In this document: positions 17,108 through 26,600 of the stretch, piece by piece
Layout: each line of letters opens with the position of its first letter
Position numbering within the stretch: the stretch's first letter is position 1
NCBI GenBank assembly: GCA_016793245.1
Contig: JAEUHW010000351.1
Coordinates: 5,987-69,986, forward strand
Direction of reading: 5' to 3'
DNA: 64,000 bases
DNA from: Planctomycetota bacterium
Lineage (GTDB): Bacteria; Planctomycetota; UBA1135; JADKAF01
The notes under the pieces: model-generated
The model's database searches: none
What the model was told of the DNA's origin: nothing
What the model saw: only the letters and a program-made list of their open reading frames with translations
Program-made: the position numbers and the translations under genes

Positions 17108-18790
17108 TCAGCGCCCCACGTAGCTCTCTACCGTCGCCCGGAAGGGCCTCGCCTTCAGCCAGAACGCGAGGTCGGCGTAGTAATCCGAGGTCTTCGCGAG
17201 CGGCGGCAGCGGATCGTCGCTCGGCAGGAAGAGGTCGTTCGGCCCCGGGTCGCGCGGATCATCGACCTCCCGCACGCGCAGCTCGTCGAAGGGCAGCGCC
17301 TCGTGTCCCAAGGCGCTCGTGGCGAGATGGTGCACCGCTAGATCGCGCCACGCGCGCGGATCCACGCCGCGGCGCAGCGCGAGCGCAGCCCCCACGCGAC
17401 GCAGCGTGGAGGCATCGACGGCGCCCCTCGCATGCAGCGTGGCGAGACGCAGGATCAGGGATAGCCCACTCGCGCTGCGGGCCAAGGCTTCGGTAGAGAA
17501 CGGCAGCGGACGACCGTGCAGGAGCAAGGCCAGCGCCGCTTCGGCCGCGCCCTCCGCCGTTCGCTCATCGAGATGTCGCGCCGCGCTGAGCAACACGGGA
17601 TCGGCCGCGCGCAAGCGCTCTGGATCCGCTTCGAAGAGCGCTTCCCCGGGCGCGAGCTCGCAGCAGCGCAACGCGATCAGCGCCGCGAAGTCCATCGCGC
17701 GCTCGCGCGCATCGATCGGGGTACGACCGTGCACCGCGGCGACGATGCGCGGAGAGCGCAGCGCGACGCCCGCCTGCAGCAGCGGCGAGCGCGTGCGCAA
17801 GGCGAGCTCGCTCGCGCGCTCGAGGAGCAGCGCTTCGGCGCGCGGCAATCGAGAAGCCGCGAGCGCCATAGCCCAGCCACCGACGACCTCGGGACGCCGC
17901 TCGGCCTGGATTCGCTGCGCGAGCGCATCGACCTCGGTCGCATCGCGCGGCACGCAGGCGAGCGCAGCGCAGAGCGCGAGCACGACCCCGCGGCCCTCGA
18001 TCTCCCGCAGAGCTTCGGGCAACGATCCCCGACCCGCGTCGGCGAGCGCGAGCCACGCCGCCGCGCGCAACCAATCGGACTTCGAACGCAGCGCGAGCTC
18101 CGTGATCGAGGGCAGCGACTCGGGCTCCGCTCGCGCGAGGTATAGAGCGAGCGCGCCGCGCAGCTTCACCGAGCTCGCGTTCGCGAGCAGGGAGCGCAGG
18201 GCACCGGCTTCGGCGCCGCGCGTTCGCAGGCGCACGAGCGCGAAGGCCGCGACTTCGGCGAGCGGCCCCGCACCTGCAGCGATCCGACCGAGACGCGCCG
18301 CGCGCTCGACGCGTTCCGCCTCGATGCCGAATGGCGCACCGAGCTCGAGCAGAGCGAACGCGCGGCGATCGAAGGCGAGGTTCGCACTCTCCGCCCACGA
18401 CCAGGAGAGCTCCACCGCCGCCGGGGCAGGTCCCGCGAGGAACAACGCGCGCAGGCCGGAGCGCCGCACCACCGCCGAACCGGACGCTCCGAGCTCTCGG
18501 AGCAACGCCACCTCGGCCGGAGCGCCGAGCTCGGCGAGCTCGCGCGCGGCTCGGTCGCGATCGAGCGCGCTGACGGCCTGCAGATCGCGCACGGCCTTGC
18601 GCACGGCTTCCTCGACCGCGGCGCGCGCGGCCGAGTCGAGGAATGCCTCGACGGGCGGAGCAGAGGGGTTCGACTGCCCGCGGGCCGGGGCGAGCGTCGC
18701 GAGCGCGACGAGCAAGGCGCAGAGCGCCCGCGCGGAGCGGCGCTCCTGTTCACCCGCTGCGCGCCCGAGTCGAGGTGTCCACTTGTTCAC
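17108..18790 (-). CDS. secreted HEAT/ARM-like helical repeat protein (560 aa)
   Basis: Signal peptide (ALCALLVALATLAPARGQ) followed by Ala/Leu-rich repeats with recurring LxxLG/ALRAL patterns. It is transcribed divergently from the DUF4388 gene. The + strand ORF covering it (17319..) is Ser/Arg/Ala junk in this stretch. Confidence 0.7.
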   Translation of the reverse strand: MNKWTPRLGRAAGEQERRSARALCALLVALATLAPARGQSNPSAPPVEAFLDSAARAAVEEAVRKAVRDLQAVSALDRDRAARELAELGAPAEVALLRELGASGSAVVRRSGLRALFLAGPAPAAVELSWSWAESANLAFDRRAFALLELGAPFGIEAERVERAARLGRIAAGAGPLAEVAAFALVRLRTRGAEAGALRSLLANASSVKLRGALALYLARAEPESLPSITELALRSKSDWLRAAAWLALADAGRGSLPEALREIEGRGVVLALCAALACVPRDATEVDALAQRIQAERRPEVVGGWAMALAASRLPRAEALLLERASELALRTRSPLLQAGVALRSPRIVAAVHGRTPIDARERAMDFAALIALRCCELAPGEALFEADPERLRAADPVLLSAARHLDERTAEGAAEAALALLLHGRPLPFSTEALARSASGLSLILRLATLHARGAVDASTLRRVGAALALRRGVDPRAWRDLAVHHLATSALGHEALPFDELRVREVDDPRDPGPNDLFLPSDDPLPPLAKTSDYYADLAFWLKARPFRATVESYVGR

Positions 18791-18986
18791 GGGGCAGAGC
18801 TTAGCCGGGAGGCGCGGCGCAGGTCGACCAAGGCGCAGGGGGCCGCGAAGCGACCCCTCCAGCAGGAGGCCCCCGGGGGACCTCGTCAGGCGCGAAAAGC
18901 GCTCCTCCCGCGCCGTGCCGGCTCAACCCTCCACCCCTCCCCGGTCGATGGTCGCACGGGCATCTCCCTCGAGCGGACTCGGCGAC

Positions 18987-21900
18987 ATGGGCCTGACTGG
19001 CGACCTCTCCAAGCTGAAGATGGGCGATCTCTTCCAGACCCTGGAAGGGAGTCGCCAGGTCGGCGTGCTCAAGGTCTGGCGCGAAGGCGAATCGCGCGAG
19101 CTCTTCTTCGGCCCGCAGGGCGTGTCGCTGCTGCATCTCGCGACGCTCTGCACCGATCGCCTGGCGGAGCGCTTCCGCAACGCGGGCGAGATCTCGGCCG
19201 AGGACATCGCCAGCGCGAAGCGCCACGCCGAGACGCACGGCTCGACCTTCGGTCAGGTCCTGGCGCAGCGGAACCTGGTCTCCAGCGAAGCGGTCGAAGA
19301 AGCAGTCCAGGAGCAGGCCGAAGAGCTGCTCTACGACATGTTCGGCTGGACGCAGGGCAACTTCGAGTTCTTCGACGACAAGAAGCCCGACGCCGCGACG
19401 ATCGGCCCCTATGTCATCGACCCGCTCCCCATCGGACCGATGCTGCTCGAAGGAGCACGGCGGATCGACGAGTGGGGTGAGATCAAGCGCCAGGTCCCGG
19501 ACCGCGGCGAGGTCTTCGTCGCCGCGCCGCTGTCGGCGGCCGAGCGAGCCGATCTCGAGGACGATGAGCAGCTCGTCATCGAGGCCATCGACGGGAAGAC
19601 CGATCTCCGCGTCCTGGCCGACCGCACGCTCGGCTCCTTGTTCGATACGGCGAAGGTCGTCGCCGCGCTCGCCGACCGCGAGCTCGTGCGTCTGGCGACC
19701 CTGGACGAGCTCGTCTCCAACGCCGAGATCGAATTCGCGCAAGGGCGCCGGGAGAACGCGCGCGCGCTCCTCGACCTCGCCGTCGATCGCCGCGCGCCGC
19801 GCCTGCGGCGCAACCTGGATCAGATCGCGCGTCTCTACGAGTCGATGGAGGAGAAGGAGCGCGCTTGCGATCTGCGCTCCTACGTCGCGGGGCAGATGAT
19901 CGCGACGGAGTGCTACGAGGATGCGCGCGAGCTGCTGCAGCAGATCCTCGAGCTCTGCCCCGAGCACCTGAACTCGAACAAGCGCCTGATGCAGGTGCTC
20001 GACGAGATCGAACGCGACAGCGCCGCGGCGTTCGCGCAGCGAGTGCGCGTGGTCGAGCTCCTCTCGTCGCAACGCGAGACCGAGAACGAAGCGCGGCAGT
20101 ATTCCGGCATGCTCACGGCGGCGCCTCCGCGCGACGCCGTGCTCGTGCGAAGAGCGGCGAACGCGGCCATGAAGGCCGGCACCAAAGACGTCGCGCTGAA
20201 CCTGCTGCACTTCGCCGCCAACGTCGATCGCGAAGGCGGACAGCGGCAGCGCTTGATCGAGACCTATCGGGAGATCCTGAAGCTCGACCGCGGCAACAAG
20301 GAGATCGCCCAGGCTCTTCGACAGATCCTGATCTCCCAGCAAGCGCGTCGGCGCCGCCGCGCGCTCGTCACCGCCGCCATCCTGCTCGGCGTCGGCGCGA
20401 GTTGCCTCTGGCTCACCGCGGCCTGGAACGAATCCAACGCCGCGGCGCTCCTGCAGGAAGCCGAGGAGCTCGGTCGACGCGACGCGCAAGCCGCTCTGCT
20501 CGCGCTGAACCAGCTCGACGAGAGCTACTCGGGCAGCATGGGCGCCGGCGAGGTCATCGAAGCGGCCGCCCGCGCACGTCAGGGCTACCAACGCCGCCTC
20601 GCCGACGAGCAACGCCGCAAGGACGAGGACAGCCAGCGTCTGCTCTCCTCGCGCCTCACCGAAGCGGGAGCGCACATCGATGCCTCGCGCTACCAAGAGG
20701 CGTTCCCGATCTACCGCGAGCTGCTCGCGCAGACCCTCTCGAAGGGCGAGCAAGAGACGATCCGCTTCCGCATCCAGAGCGCCATCGAGGCGTTGACGCA
20801 GTGGGACACGCGCATGCAGGAGCTGCTCCAGCGCGCCTCACCGGAGCACATCGCGCGACTCTCCTCGAAGGAGATCGAAGCGCTGCGAGCCGAGCTCGTG
20901 GCGGAGCTCCAGCGCGTGAACGCCGCGTCGATGGGCGGATTGCGAGACGGCCTCACCGACCCGGCCATCGCGAAGCTCCTGCCGAAGCAACGGAACCTCC
21001 TCGACGAGGCCCTGTTCACCCGCGTCGGCATGCAGCAGGTCCAAGGTGAGCTGCTCGCGGAGGAGCTCGGCAAGCGCATCGAAGCGTACTCGCGCACCGA
21101 TGAGCTCGAGAACCTGCTCGAGGAAGCCTCCAAGGCCGAGCGCGAGAACCGCTGGGGCGCCGCCGCCGAGCTCTATCGCCTGCTGGCGCAGAGCAGCGTC
21201 GAGAGCGGCCTACAGGCGCAGTTCGTCACGCAGGCCGAGCGCCTGGAGAAGATCGTCGGACAGCTCCGCGCCATCGCGAAAGCCACCGAGCAACGCGACT
21301 TCGCCGCGGCGGTCACGGCCTATCAGTCCTTGGTCGAAGAGGCTCCCGACCTCGACCTCCGCGGACATGTGCGCCTGCCGTTCCTCCTGCGCTCGATCCC
21401 CAGCGGCGCCGAAGTCCGCGAAGGTACCCAAGTCCTCGGCCTGACGCCTTTGCCGGTCGAGTACGACCCGTTTCGAGCTGCGACGCTGATCGTGAAGAGC
21501 GAAGGCTTCGAGCGCGAGGTGATCCAGGTCACCGGCTTCGAGCGCGGCGACGCCACGCTCGTCTTGCGCACGCCGCCGCTCTGGCGCGTGCCGGGACATG
21601 GCCCCGTCGCGAGCGCGCCGATGCTCCAAGGGGAGCGCTGCTTCGTCGCGGATCGCGGGGGCCACCTGCGCGCCCTCGATCTCGCGCAGCGCAAGGTGAT
21701 CTTCGATCGCGTGGTGACCGCGGAGATGGGCGGTCTGCGCGCCGCTCCGTTCGCGTGCGAGAAGGGCATCGGCGTCGCGAGTTGGGAAGGCCGGCTTTTC
21801 GAGCTCGATCCGCGCGATGGTGATCCGCGCGAGCTCGGTCGCTTGCCGGCCGAGGGGCAGTGGCTCGGACCGATCTACACCGATGGGCTCGTTTGGCTGT

Positions 21901-22538
21901 CGCGCGGCTCCGAGCTCTTGCATCGAGCGCTGGATCGCAGCGCTGCGGAATCGGCGCGCCGCGGGCTCGATCACCCGATCGTCCGGCTCCACGCGCTACC
22001 GAAAGGCGCGCTCGTCGGCTTGCAGGGCGGACGCGTCGAGCGCCACGGCGCCGCTTCCACGCGCGCTCTCTGGAGCTCGGAGACGCGGCTCACGATCCTG
22101 CACCTCGTTTCCTCGGGCGATGCGGCGTGGATCTTCGGTGCCGACGGCAGCATCGTCCGTCTCGACCTCGAGAGCGGCAGCGAACGCGCGCGCTGGAAGA
22201 TCGCCAGCGCACCTGCGCAGGAGTCGACCTACGCCGCCGGACGCTTGTACATCCCGATGGCGAAGGAAGTGCTCTGCCTCGACGCCGCGGATGGACGCGA
22301 GCTCCTGCGCTGGTCGCTCGAAGGACTCCAGGTCACGGCGGCGCCGGCGGTGGATCTCGAGAGAGCTCGGCTCTTCGTCGCGACCGACAAGGGCCTCGAG
22401 GTCCTCGACCTCGAGAAGCCGCGAACCGCGTGGCGCCACGCGACGGCGAGCGCCCTCACGGCAGCGCCGCTCCTGACGCCACACGGTGTGCTCGTCGCGT
22501 TGGGCGACGGCGGGCTCGAGCTGCTCCCGCGGCGCTGA
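18987..22538 (+). CDS. large multidomain protein: N-terminal DUF4388 (PatA-like), TPR-like repeats, one TM helix, coiled coil, PEGA domain, C-terminal PQQ/BamB-like beta-propeller
   Basis: The real start MGLTGDLSKLKMGDLFQTLEGSRQVGVLKV (DUF4388 signature) lies 556 codons into ORF 17319..22538. The TM helix ALVTAAILLGVGASCLWLTAAW is at about 20362-20425. A PEGA-like segment (LRSIPSGAEVREGTQVLGLTPLPVEYDP...LIVKSEGFE) is at about 21390-21540. Repeated hydrophobic-strand/Gly-Asp turn units run to the C-terminus. Confidence 0.85.
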   Translation: MGLTGDLSKLKMGDLFQTLEGSRQVGVLKVWREGESRELFFGPQGVSLLHLATLCTDRLAERFRNAGEISAEDIASAKRHAETHGSTFGQVLAQRNLVSSEAVEEAVQEQAEELLYDMFGWTQGNFEFFDDKKPDAATIGPYVIDPLPIGPMLLEGARRIDEWGEIKRQVPDRGEVFVAAPLSAAERADLEDDEQLVIEAIDGKTDLRVLADRTLGSLFDTAKVVAALADRELVRLATLDELVSNAEIEFAQGRRENARALLDLAVDRRAPRLRRNLDQIARLYESMEEKERACDLRSYVAGQMIATECYEDARELLQQILELCPEHLNSNKRLMQVLDEIERDSAAAFAQRVRVVELLSSQRETENEARQYSGMLTAAPPRDAVLVRRAANAAMKAGTKDVALNLLHFAANVDREGGQRQRLIETYREILKLDRGNKEIAQALRQILISQQARRRRRALVTAAILLGVGASCLWLTAAWNESNAAALLQEAEELGRRDAQAALLALNQLDESYSGSMGAGEVIEAAARARQGYQRRLADEQRRKDEDSQRLLSSRLTEAGAHIDASRYQEAFPIYRELLAQTLSKGEQETIRFRIQSAIEALTQWDTRMQELLQRASPEHIARLSSKEIEALRAELVAELQRVNAASMGGLRDGLTDPAIAKLLPKQRNLLDEALFTRVGMQQVQGELLAEELGKRIEAYSRTDELENLLEEASKAERENRWGAAAELYRLLAQSSVESGLQAQFVTQAERLEKIVGQLRAIAKATEQRDFAAAVTAYQSLVEEAPDLDLRGHVRLPFLLRSIPSGAEVREGTQVLGLTPLPVEYDPFRAATLIVKSEGFEREVIQVTGFERGDATLVLRTPPLWRVPGHGPVASAPMLQGERCFVADRGGHLRALDLAQRKVIFDRVVTAEMGGLRAAPFACEKGIGVASWEGRLFELDPRDGDPRELGRLPAEGQWLGPIYTDGLVWLSRGSELLHRALDRSAAESARRGLDHPIVRLHALPKGALVGLQGGRVERHGAASTRALWSSETRLTILHLVSSGDAAWIFGADGSIVRLDLESGSERARWKIASAPAQESTYAAGRLYIPMAKEVLCLDAADGRELLRWSLEGLQVTAAPAVDLERARLFVATDKGLEVLDLEKPRTAWRHATASALTAAPLLTPHGVLVALGDGGLELLPRR

Positions 22539-22725
22539 GCTCGAATCTCAGAGGGGCGTTCCGGATCGGGTGGAGCTCGCTCCGCAGGCGACGAGCCGGC
22601 CGGAACGCGAGTTCCGACAGACTCCTCGCCGCGGAGCGGATCCGCCTGGCGATGGTGCTCGCGCACGTGCGATCCGAAGCGCGCCAGCGTCGGGATCACG
22701 AGTGCCCTTCTCCCACGCCTCGCGC

Positions 22726-23958
22726 TCAGCCGATGCGCAAGGTCCAAGGCGTCGACGCCGACCACGAACCGAGGTCCAGCGCCTGCAGCGTGAGGTCGAA
22801 CGGCGCCGACAACAGCGGCTCGCCGCGCACGGGGAACACCGCTCGTCCTTGCGCATCGAAGACGCCGAGCAGCTCGTTCCAGCGCGCTGCGAAGCTCAGG
22901 AACACCGGGTCGTTGGCATCGACGAGCAGCGCACCTGCTCCGCCGAGCTCGGGCTGAACGCGGAGCTCTCCGAGGCGCGTACCGAGCACGAGCAGGAAGA
23001 GCCCGCTCGGCGTCCCGCCTTCGATCGTGCAGCCACCGAAATTCCCGAGGCCGAGAGAGGAAGGCGTGCAGCGCAAGCGAGGCGCCGGCGAGCACCGTCC
23101 GCGCCAGAGCGTCAACGCATCGAGCTCGACCGCCGAGGTGAAGCCCCAATCCGCCTCCTGGAAGCCCGCGACGAAGCGCCCATCCACGCGGATCGCCGAG
23201 CCGTCGATGTCGCTCGGCGACTGCACGATGAACGCGAGCACACCATCGGCGGGATCGAAGCTGAGCGCGATGCAGTCGAGGATCGCGGAGAGCGCCGTGC
23301 CCTTCGCTGTCTCGGCGAAGCGCTGCAGGTCGGCCTCGGTGTAGGCCCGGCGCAGGCCTTGCAGCGCATCGATCACGAGCACGTCCCCATCCGCGATGGG
23401 ACCGAGCACCGAGCTGCTGAGATCGGAGGCCAGGCTGAACCAGATCTCCTGCTGCGGACCGATCTCGAGCGCATCGACGTCGACCGCGGTGCTCGTCGTG
23501 CCGAGCGCGGTGCGCAGATCCGCCTCGGTGAGCCAGGCCTCGATCCTTCCATCGCTCCTGCGACGCAGGAGATCACCATCTTCGAAGCCACCTTCGTCGG
23601 CGAGGAGCGAGAAGACGATCTCGGAGGGCGCCAAGTCGCTTCCGGGATCGAGGACCGAGAGAGCGTCGATGTCGCCCGGGGTGTCCCAGCGACCATCACC
23701 GCTCCAGTCCCCCACGAACGACGGCCAACCTCCTGCGAGGAGCCATGGCCGACCGAGCGCCTCGGAGGCGCACTTCGCGACGAGGTCTTGATCCTCGATC
23801 GCCCCGTGCGATCCGAGAGTCGCCGTGGACGACGGCGAGGCGAGCCCGAGCGTCTCGGAGCCCACCTGGGCCACCGCCGGAGCCGACAGCGCGCCGAGGT
23901 AGGTGGCGAGGCAGAGCAGACGAGCGGGCGCGAGAGAAGAGAGAGCGAGAGATTGCAT
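22726..23958 (-). CDS. secreted hypothetical protein (410 aa)
   Basis: Signal peptide (LLCLATYLGALSAPAVAQ), an Asp/Gly-rich body with a recurring [DE][IVL]DAL motif, and no Arg bias. No family recognised. Confidence 0.7.
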   Translation of the reverse strand: MQSLALSSLAPARLLCLATYLGALSAPAVAQVGSETLGLASPSSTATLGSHGAIEDQDLVAKCASEALGRPWLLAGGWPSFVGDWSGDGRWDTPGDIDALSVLDPGSDLAPSEIVFSLLADEGGFEDGDLLRRRSDGRIEAWLTEADLRTALGTTSTAVDVDALEIGPQQEIWFSLASDLSSSVLGPIADGDVLVIDALQGLRRAYTEADLQRFAETAKGTALSAILDCIALSFDPADGVLAFIVQSPSDIDGSAIRVDGRFVAGFQEADWGFTSAVELDALTLWRGRCSPAPRLRCTPSSLGLGNFGGCTIEGGTPSGLFLLVLGTRLGELRVQPELGGAGALLVDANDPVFLSFAARWNELLGVFDAQGRAVFPVRGEPLLSAPFDLTLQALDLGSWSASTPWTLRIG

Positions 23959-24106
23959 GCAGTGTAGTCCTCCTGCGCACTCCGACCGCGGAGCGCGCTC
24001 GGCGGCCCTGACGCCTGCATTCGGAGGCGGTCACGCGTCGATCGTTTTTCCTCGCGGCGCCTCCTCTCCGACGCCTCGCTGAGTCGATCGAGAACGCCGA
24101 AGCGTC

Positions 24107-24319
24107 ATGCTCCTCTCCGCCTCTGCCCCGCACGCGCTCCCGCTGCTCTTGGCGGGCGCCGGCTTCGTGCTGCTCGCCGCAGCGCTGCGACGGCGCCGCT
24201 GGCAGCGCCTGCGACGACCGCGCGATCCGTTGCGCTTCGGCGGCGTTCGCCCGCGACGCTCGAGCCGCACGCTCGCCGAGCTCCTGCCACCGGCGGGTGA
24301 GCTCGACGACTACGAGTGA
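24107..24319 (+). CDS. possible small membrane protein (70 aa)
   Basis: MLLSASAPHALPLLLAGAGFVLLAAALRRRRW contains a hydrophobic helix followed by an Arg cluster, and third-position GC is high by eye. There is no obvious SD, and the ORF overlaps the 3' end of cca by 10 nt. Weak call. Confidence 0.3.
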   Translation: MLLSASAPHALPLLLAGAGFVLLAAALRRRRWQRLRRPRDPLRFGGVRPRRSSRTLAELLPPAGELDDYE

Positions 24320-25584
24320 GGTGCGCGCGGCTCCTCGGCGATCAGCGCGCACGCCCTCGCCGCGTCCAGCGTCGGATCGTCGAGCCAGGCCTCGCGAACG
24401 CGCTCCAACGCGCGACCGAGACTCCTCCCCGGAGGGAATCCGAGCGCCATGAGATCGCTCGCGCGGAGCGGCTCGCCTCGGGCGATCGCCGCGCGCGCGG
24501 CCTCGACTCGCAGCGCGAGCCCCGGCACGGCGGCGAGAGCGAAGTGCAGCGCATCACCGACTTCGGCACCACCGCGATGCAGGGCGGCGCGCAGCTCGCG
24601 GTCACTCGGCCCATGCGCGCTCTCCCATGCGTTCTCCAACGCGATCGCGCGGAGAACGCGCTGTGCGACTTCGCGCGGGACACCGAGCCGCTCCATCACC
24701 TGCTCCGCATCGCTCCCCAGAACGGCGAGCAACGCTCGCCCGACGCGCGTGGCGAAGTCCTCCGACGCGCCGAGCGTCTCCACCGAACGCAGGCGCTCGA
24801 CGGCGCGCTCCTGCAGAGCCCCGAGCCAGCGCGCCGAAGCCGGATGCTCGAGGAGCAGCATCAACGCGCGCGCCGCGCCGCGCCCCGTCAGCGCGCCGCG
24901 CTTGGTCTCGAGCTTGCCGAGGAGCTCTTCGCGGACACGCGCCCCGCTCAGCTTGCGTTCGAAGAGCGGCGCGAGCTCCTCGTGAGCCGCTTCCACGTCC
25001 CAATCCACGGGGAGCTCGAAGTCGAGCTGTGCCGCGAAGCGCACGCCGCGGAAGAAGCGCAGGGGATCCTGGCGCAGCGACTCGCCGAGCGGGATCGGCG
25101 TGCGCAGGCGGCGCTCCGCGAGATCCGCGAGCCCGTGTCCGCAAGGATCGACTACGACGCCGGAGTCGAGCTCGAGATACAGCGCGTTGATCGTGAAGTC
25201 CCGCCGCGCCGCGTCTTCTTCGAGGGACGCCTCGGCGCCGGCGAGCGCGGGGATGCGCGAGCCCTCGTCGTAGCTCTCGCGCCGCAGGCGCGCGAAGTCC
25301 ACGTGCACGCCTTCCAAGAAGGCTTGCCCGTTCTTCAGATGCGCGGCGGGTCCGCCGTGGCCGCGGGGATGCGCGTCCGCGCCGAGGCCGCGTGCGAAGG
25401 CGAGCCCATCGATGCCCGAGACCGCGAGATCCAGCTCGCGGCCCGGCTCGCGGCCGAGCAATCGATCGCGCGGATAGCCGCCGACGATCCAAGCACGCAC
25501 GCCGCTGCCGTGCGCGCGGGCCGCCGCGCGCAGGCGCTCGAAGAGCCGCCGCTCTTCGCGGCGCGGCTCGACCTTCGAGATCAT
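24310..25584 (-). CDS. cca: CCA-adding tRNA nucleotidyltransferase / poly(A) polymerase family protein
   Basis: Sub-ORF starting MISKVEPR. Motifs: VGGYPRDRLLG, ELDLAV and RRDFTINALY. The start forms an ATGA overlap with the stop of the upstream epimerase gene. Confidence 0.85.
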   Translation of the reverse strand: MISKVEPRREERRLFERLRAAARAHGSGVRAWIVGGYPRDRLLGREPGRELDLAVSGIDGLAFARGLGADAHPRGHGGPAAHLKNGQAFLEGVHVDFARLRRESYDEGSRIPALAGAEASLEEDAARRDFTINALYLELDSGVVVDPCGHGLADLAERRLRTPIPLGESLRQDPLRFFRGVRFAAQLDFELPVDWDVEAAHEELAPLFERKLSGARVREELLGKLETKRGALTGRGAARALMLLLEHPASARWLGALQERAVERLRSVETLGASEDFATRVGRALLAVLGSDAEQVMERLGVPREVAQRVLRAIALENAWESAHGPSDRELRAALHRGGAEVGDALHFALAAVPGLALRVEAARAAIARGEPLRASDLMALGFPPGRSLGRALERVREAWLDDPTLDAARACALIAEEPRAPHS

Positions 25585-26600
25585 CCGCGCGCCGCGGTGG
25601 GAACGGCGCCGATCCCCCGAGCGTCGGGCAGGTGGATCTCGCCGCGCGGGATGGTCGCTCCGGAGTAGGGATCCTCGGCGAGCAGCGCCGCGCCATCGAG
25701 ATCCAGCACATCGACGAACGGCGCGAGGTGCGCGGCGGCGGTGATGCCGAGCGAAGACTCGATGAAGCACCCCACCATCACGTGCAAGCCGAGCTCGCGC
25801 GCGCGCTGGATCATCCGGCACGCCGGCTCGAGTCCGCCGCACTTGCTGAGCTTGATGTTGATCCCGTCGACGGCGTCGGCGAGCTTCTCCACGTCCTCCG
25901 GTCCGACGCAGCTCTCGTCGGCGTAGATCGGGATCTGCACGCGCCCTCGCAGCGCTCGGTAGCCCTCGAGATCGTGCTTCGGCAGGGGCTGCTCGATCAG
26001 CTCGATGCCGAGCTCCACCAAACGCGAAGAGAGGTCCAGCGTCTGCTCGACGGTCCACGCGGCGTTGGCATCGACGCGCAGCACCGCCTTCGAGACCGAG
26101 CGGATCGCCGCGAGCAACGCGAGGTCGTCGGAGCTGCCGAGCTTCACCTTCAGGATCGGATAGCTCGCCGCCTCCAAGGTCTTCTCGCGCACCTTGTCAG
26201 GGGCATCGATGCCGATCGTGAACGAGGTGCGCGGCCAGCGCTTCTGCGCGCGCAGACCGTAGCGCGAAGCGAGCCACTCGTGCAGCGCCACCCCGTCGCG
26301 CTGCGCCCAGAGATCGTGCAGCGCCAGATCGAGCGCGCAACGCGCGGACGCGGGTCCGCTCTCGCGCCGCAGCTCCTCCGGCGCGGCCGGCAACCCACCG
26401 GCGGAGGCGCGGGCCTCGAGCCACGAGAGCGCCGCTTCGGGCGTCTCGGCGTAGTAGGAGCGCGGCGCGCCTTCGCCGCGTCCGACGAGGCCGCCGTCCT
26501 CGAGCCGCAGCTCGACGTTCTTCCATTGCGCCGAGCCGCCGCGCGCGATGGTGAAGGTGTGCCTCGTCCGCAGCTCGAGCCATCCGCTGGTCATCTTCAT
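25581..26600 (-). CDS. enolase-superfamily dipeptide epimerase (L-Ala-D/L-Glu epimerase-like / DgcA-like)
   Basis: MLE-subgroup motifs: ILKVKLG (KxK), RVDANAAW, IEQPL, YADES and NIKLSKCGG. The start at 26600 (MKMTSGW) forms an ATGA overlap with the DUF1611 stop. Confidence 0.88.
   Translation of the reverse strand: MKMTSGWLELRTRHTFTIARGGSAQWKNVELRLEDGGLVGRGEGAPRSYYAETPEAALSWLEARASAGGLPAAPEELRRESGPASARCALDLALHDLWAQRDGVALHEWLASRYGLRAQKRWPRTSFTIGIDAPDKVREKTLEAASYPILKVKLGSSDDLALLAAIRSVSKAVLRVDANAAWTVEQTLDLSSRLVELGIELIEQPLPKHDLEGYRALRGRVQIPIYADESCVGPEDVEKLADAVDGINIKLSKCGGLEPACRMIQRARELGLHVMVGCFIESSLGITAAAHLAPFVDVLDLDGAALLAEDPYSGATIPRGEIHLPDARGIGAVPTAARG

Noticed and set aside
17319-18986. N-terminal 556 codons of the 1739-aa ORF 17319..22538
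   Set aside because: The stretch is Ser/Ala/Arg-rich and non-protein-like, and antisense to the well-formed secreted HEAT-like gene 17108..18790. A clear DUF4388 N-terminus with its own ATG begins at 18987.
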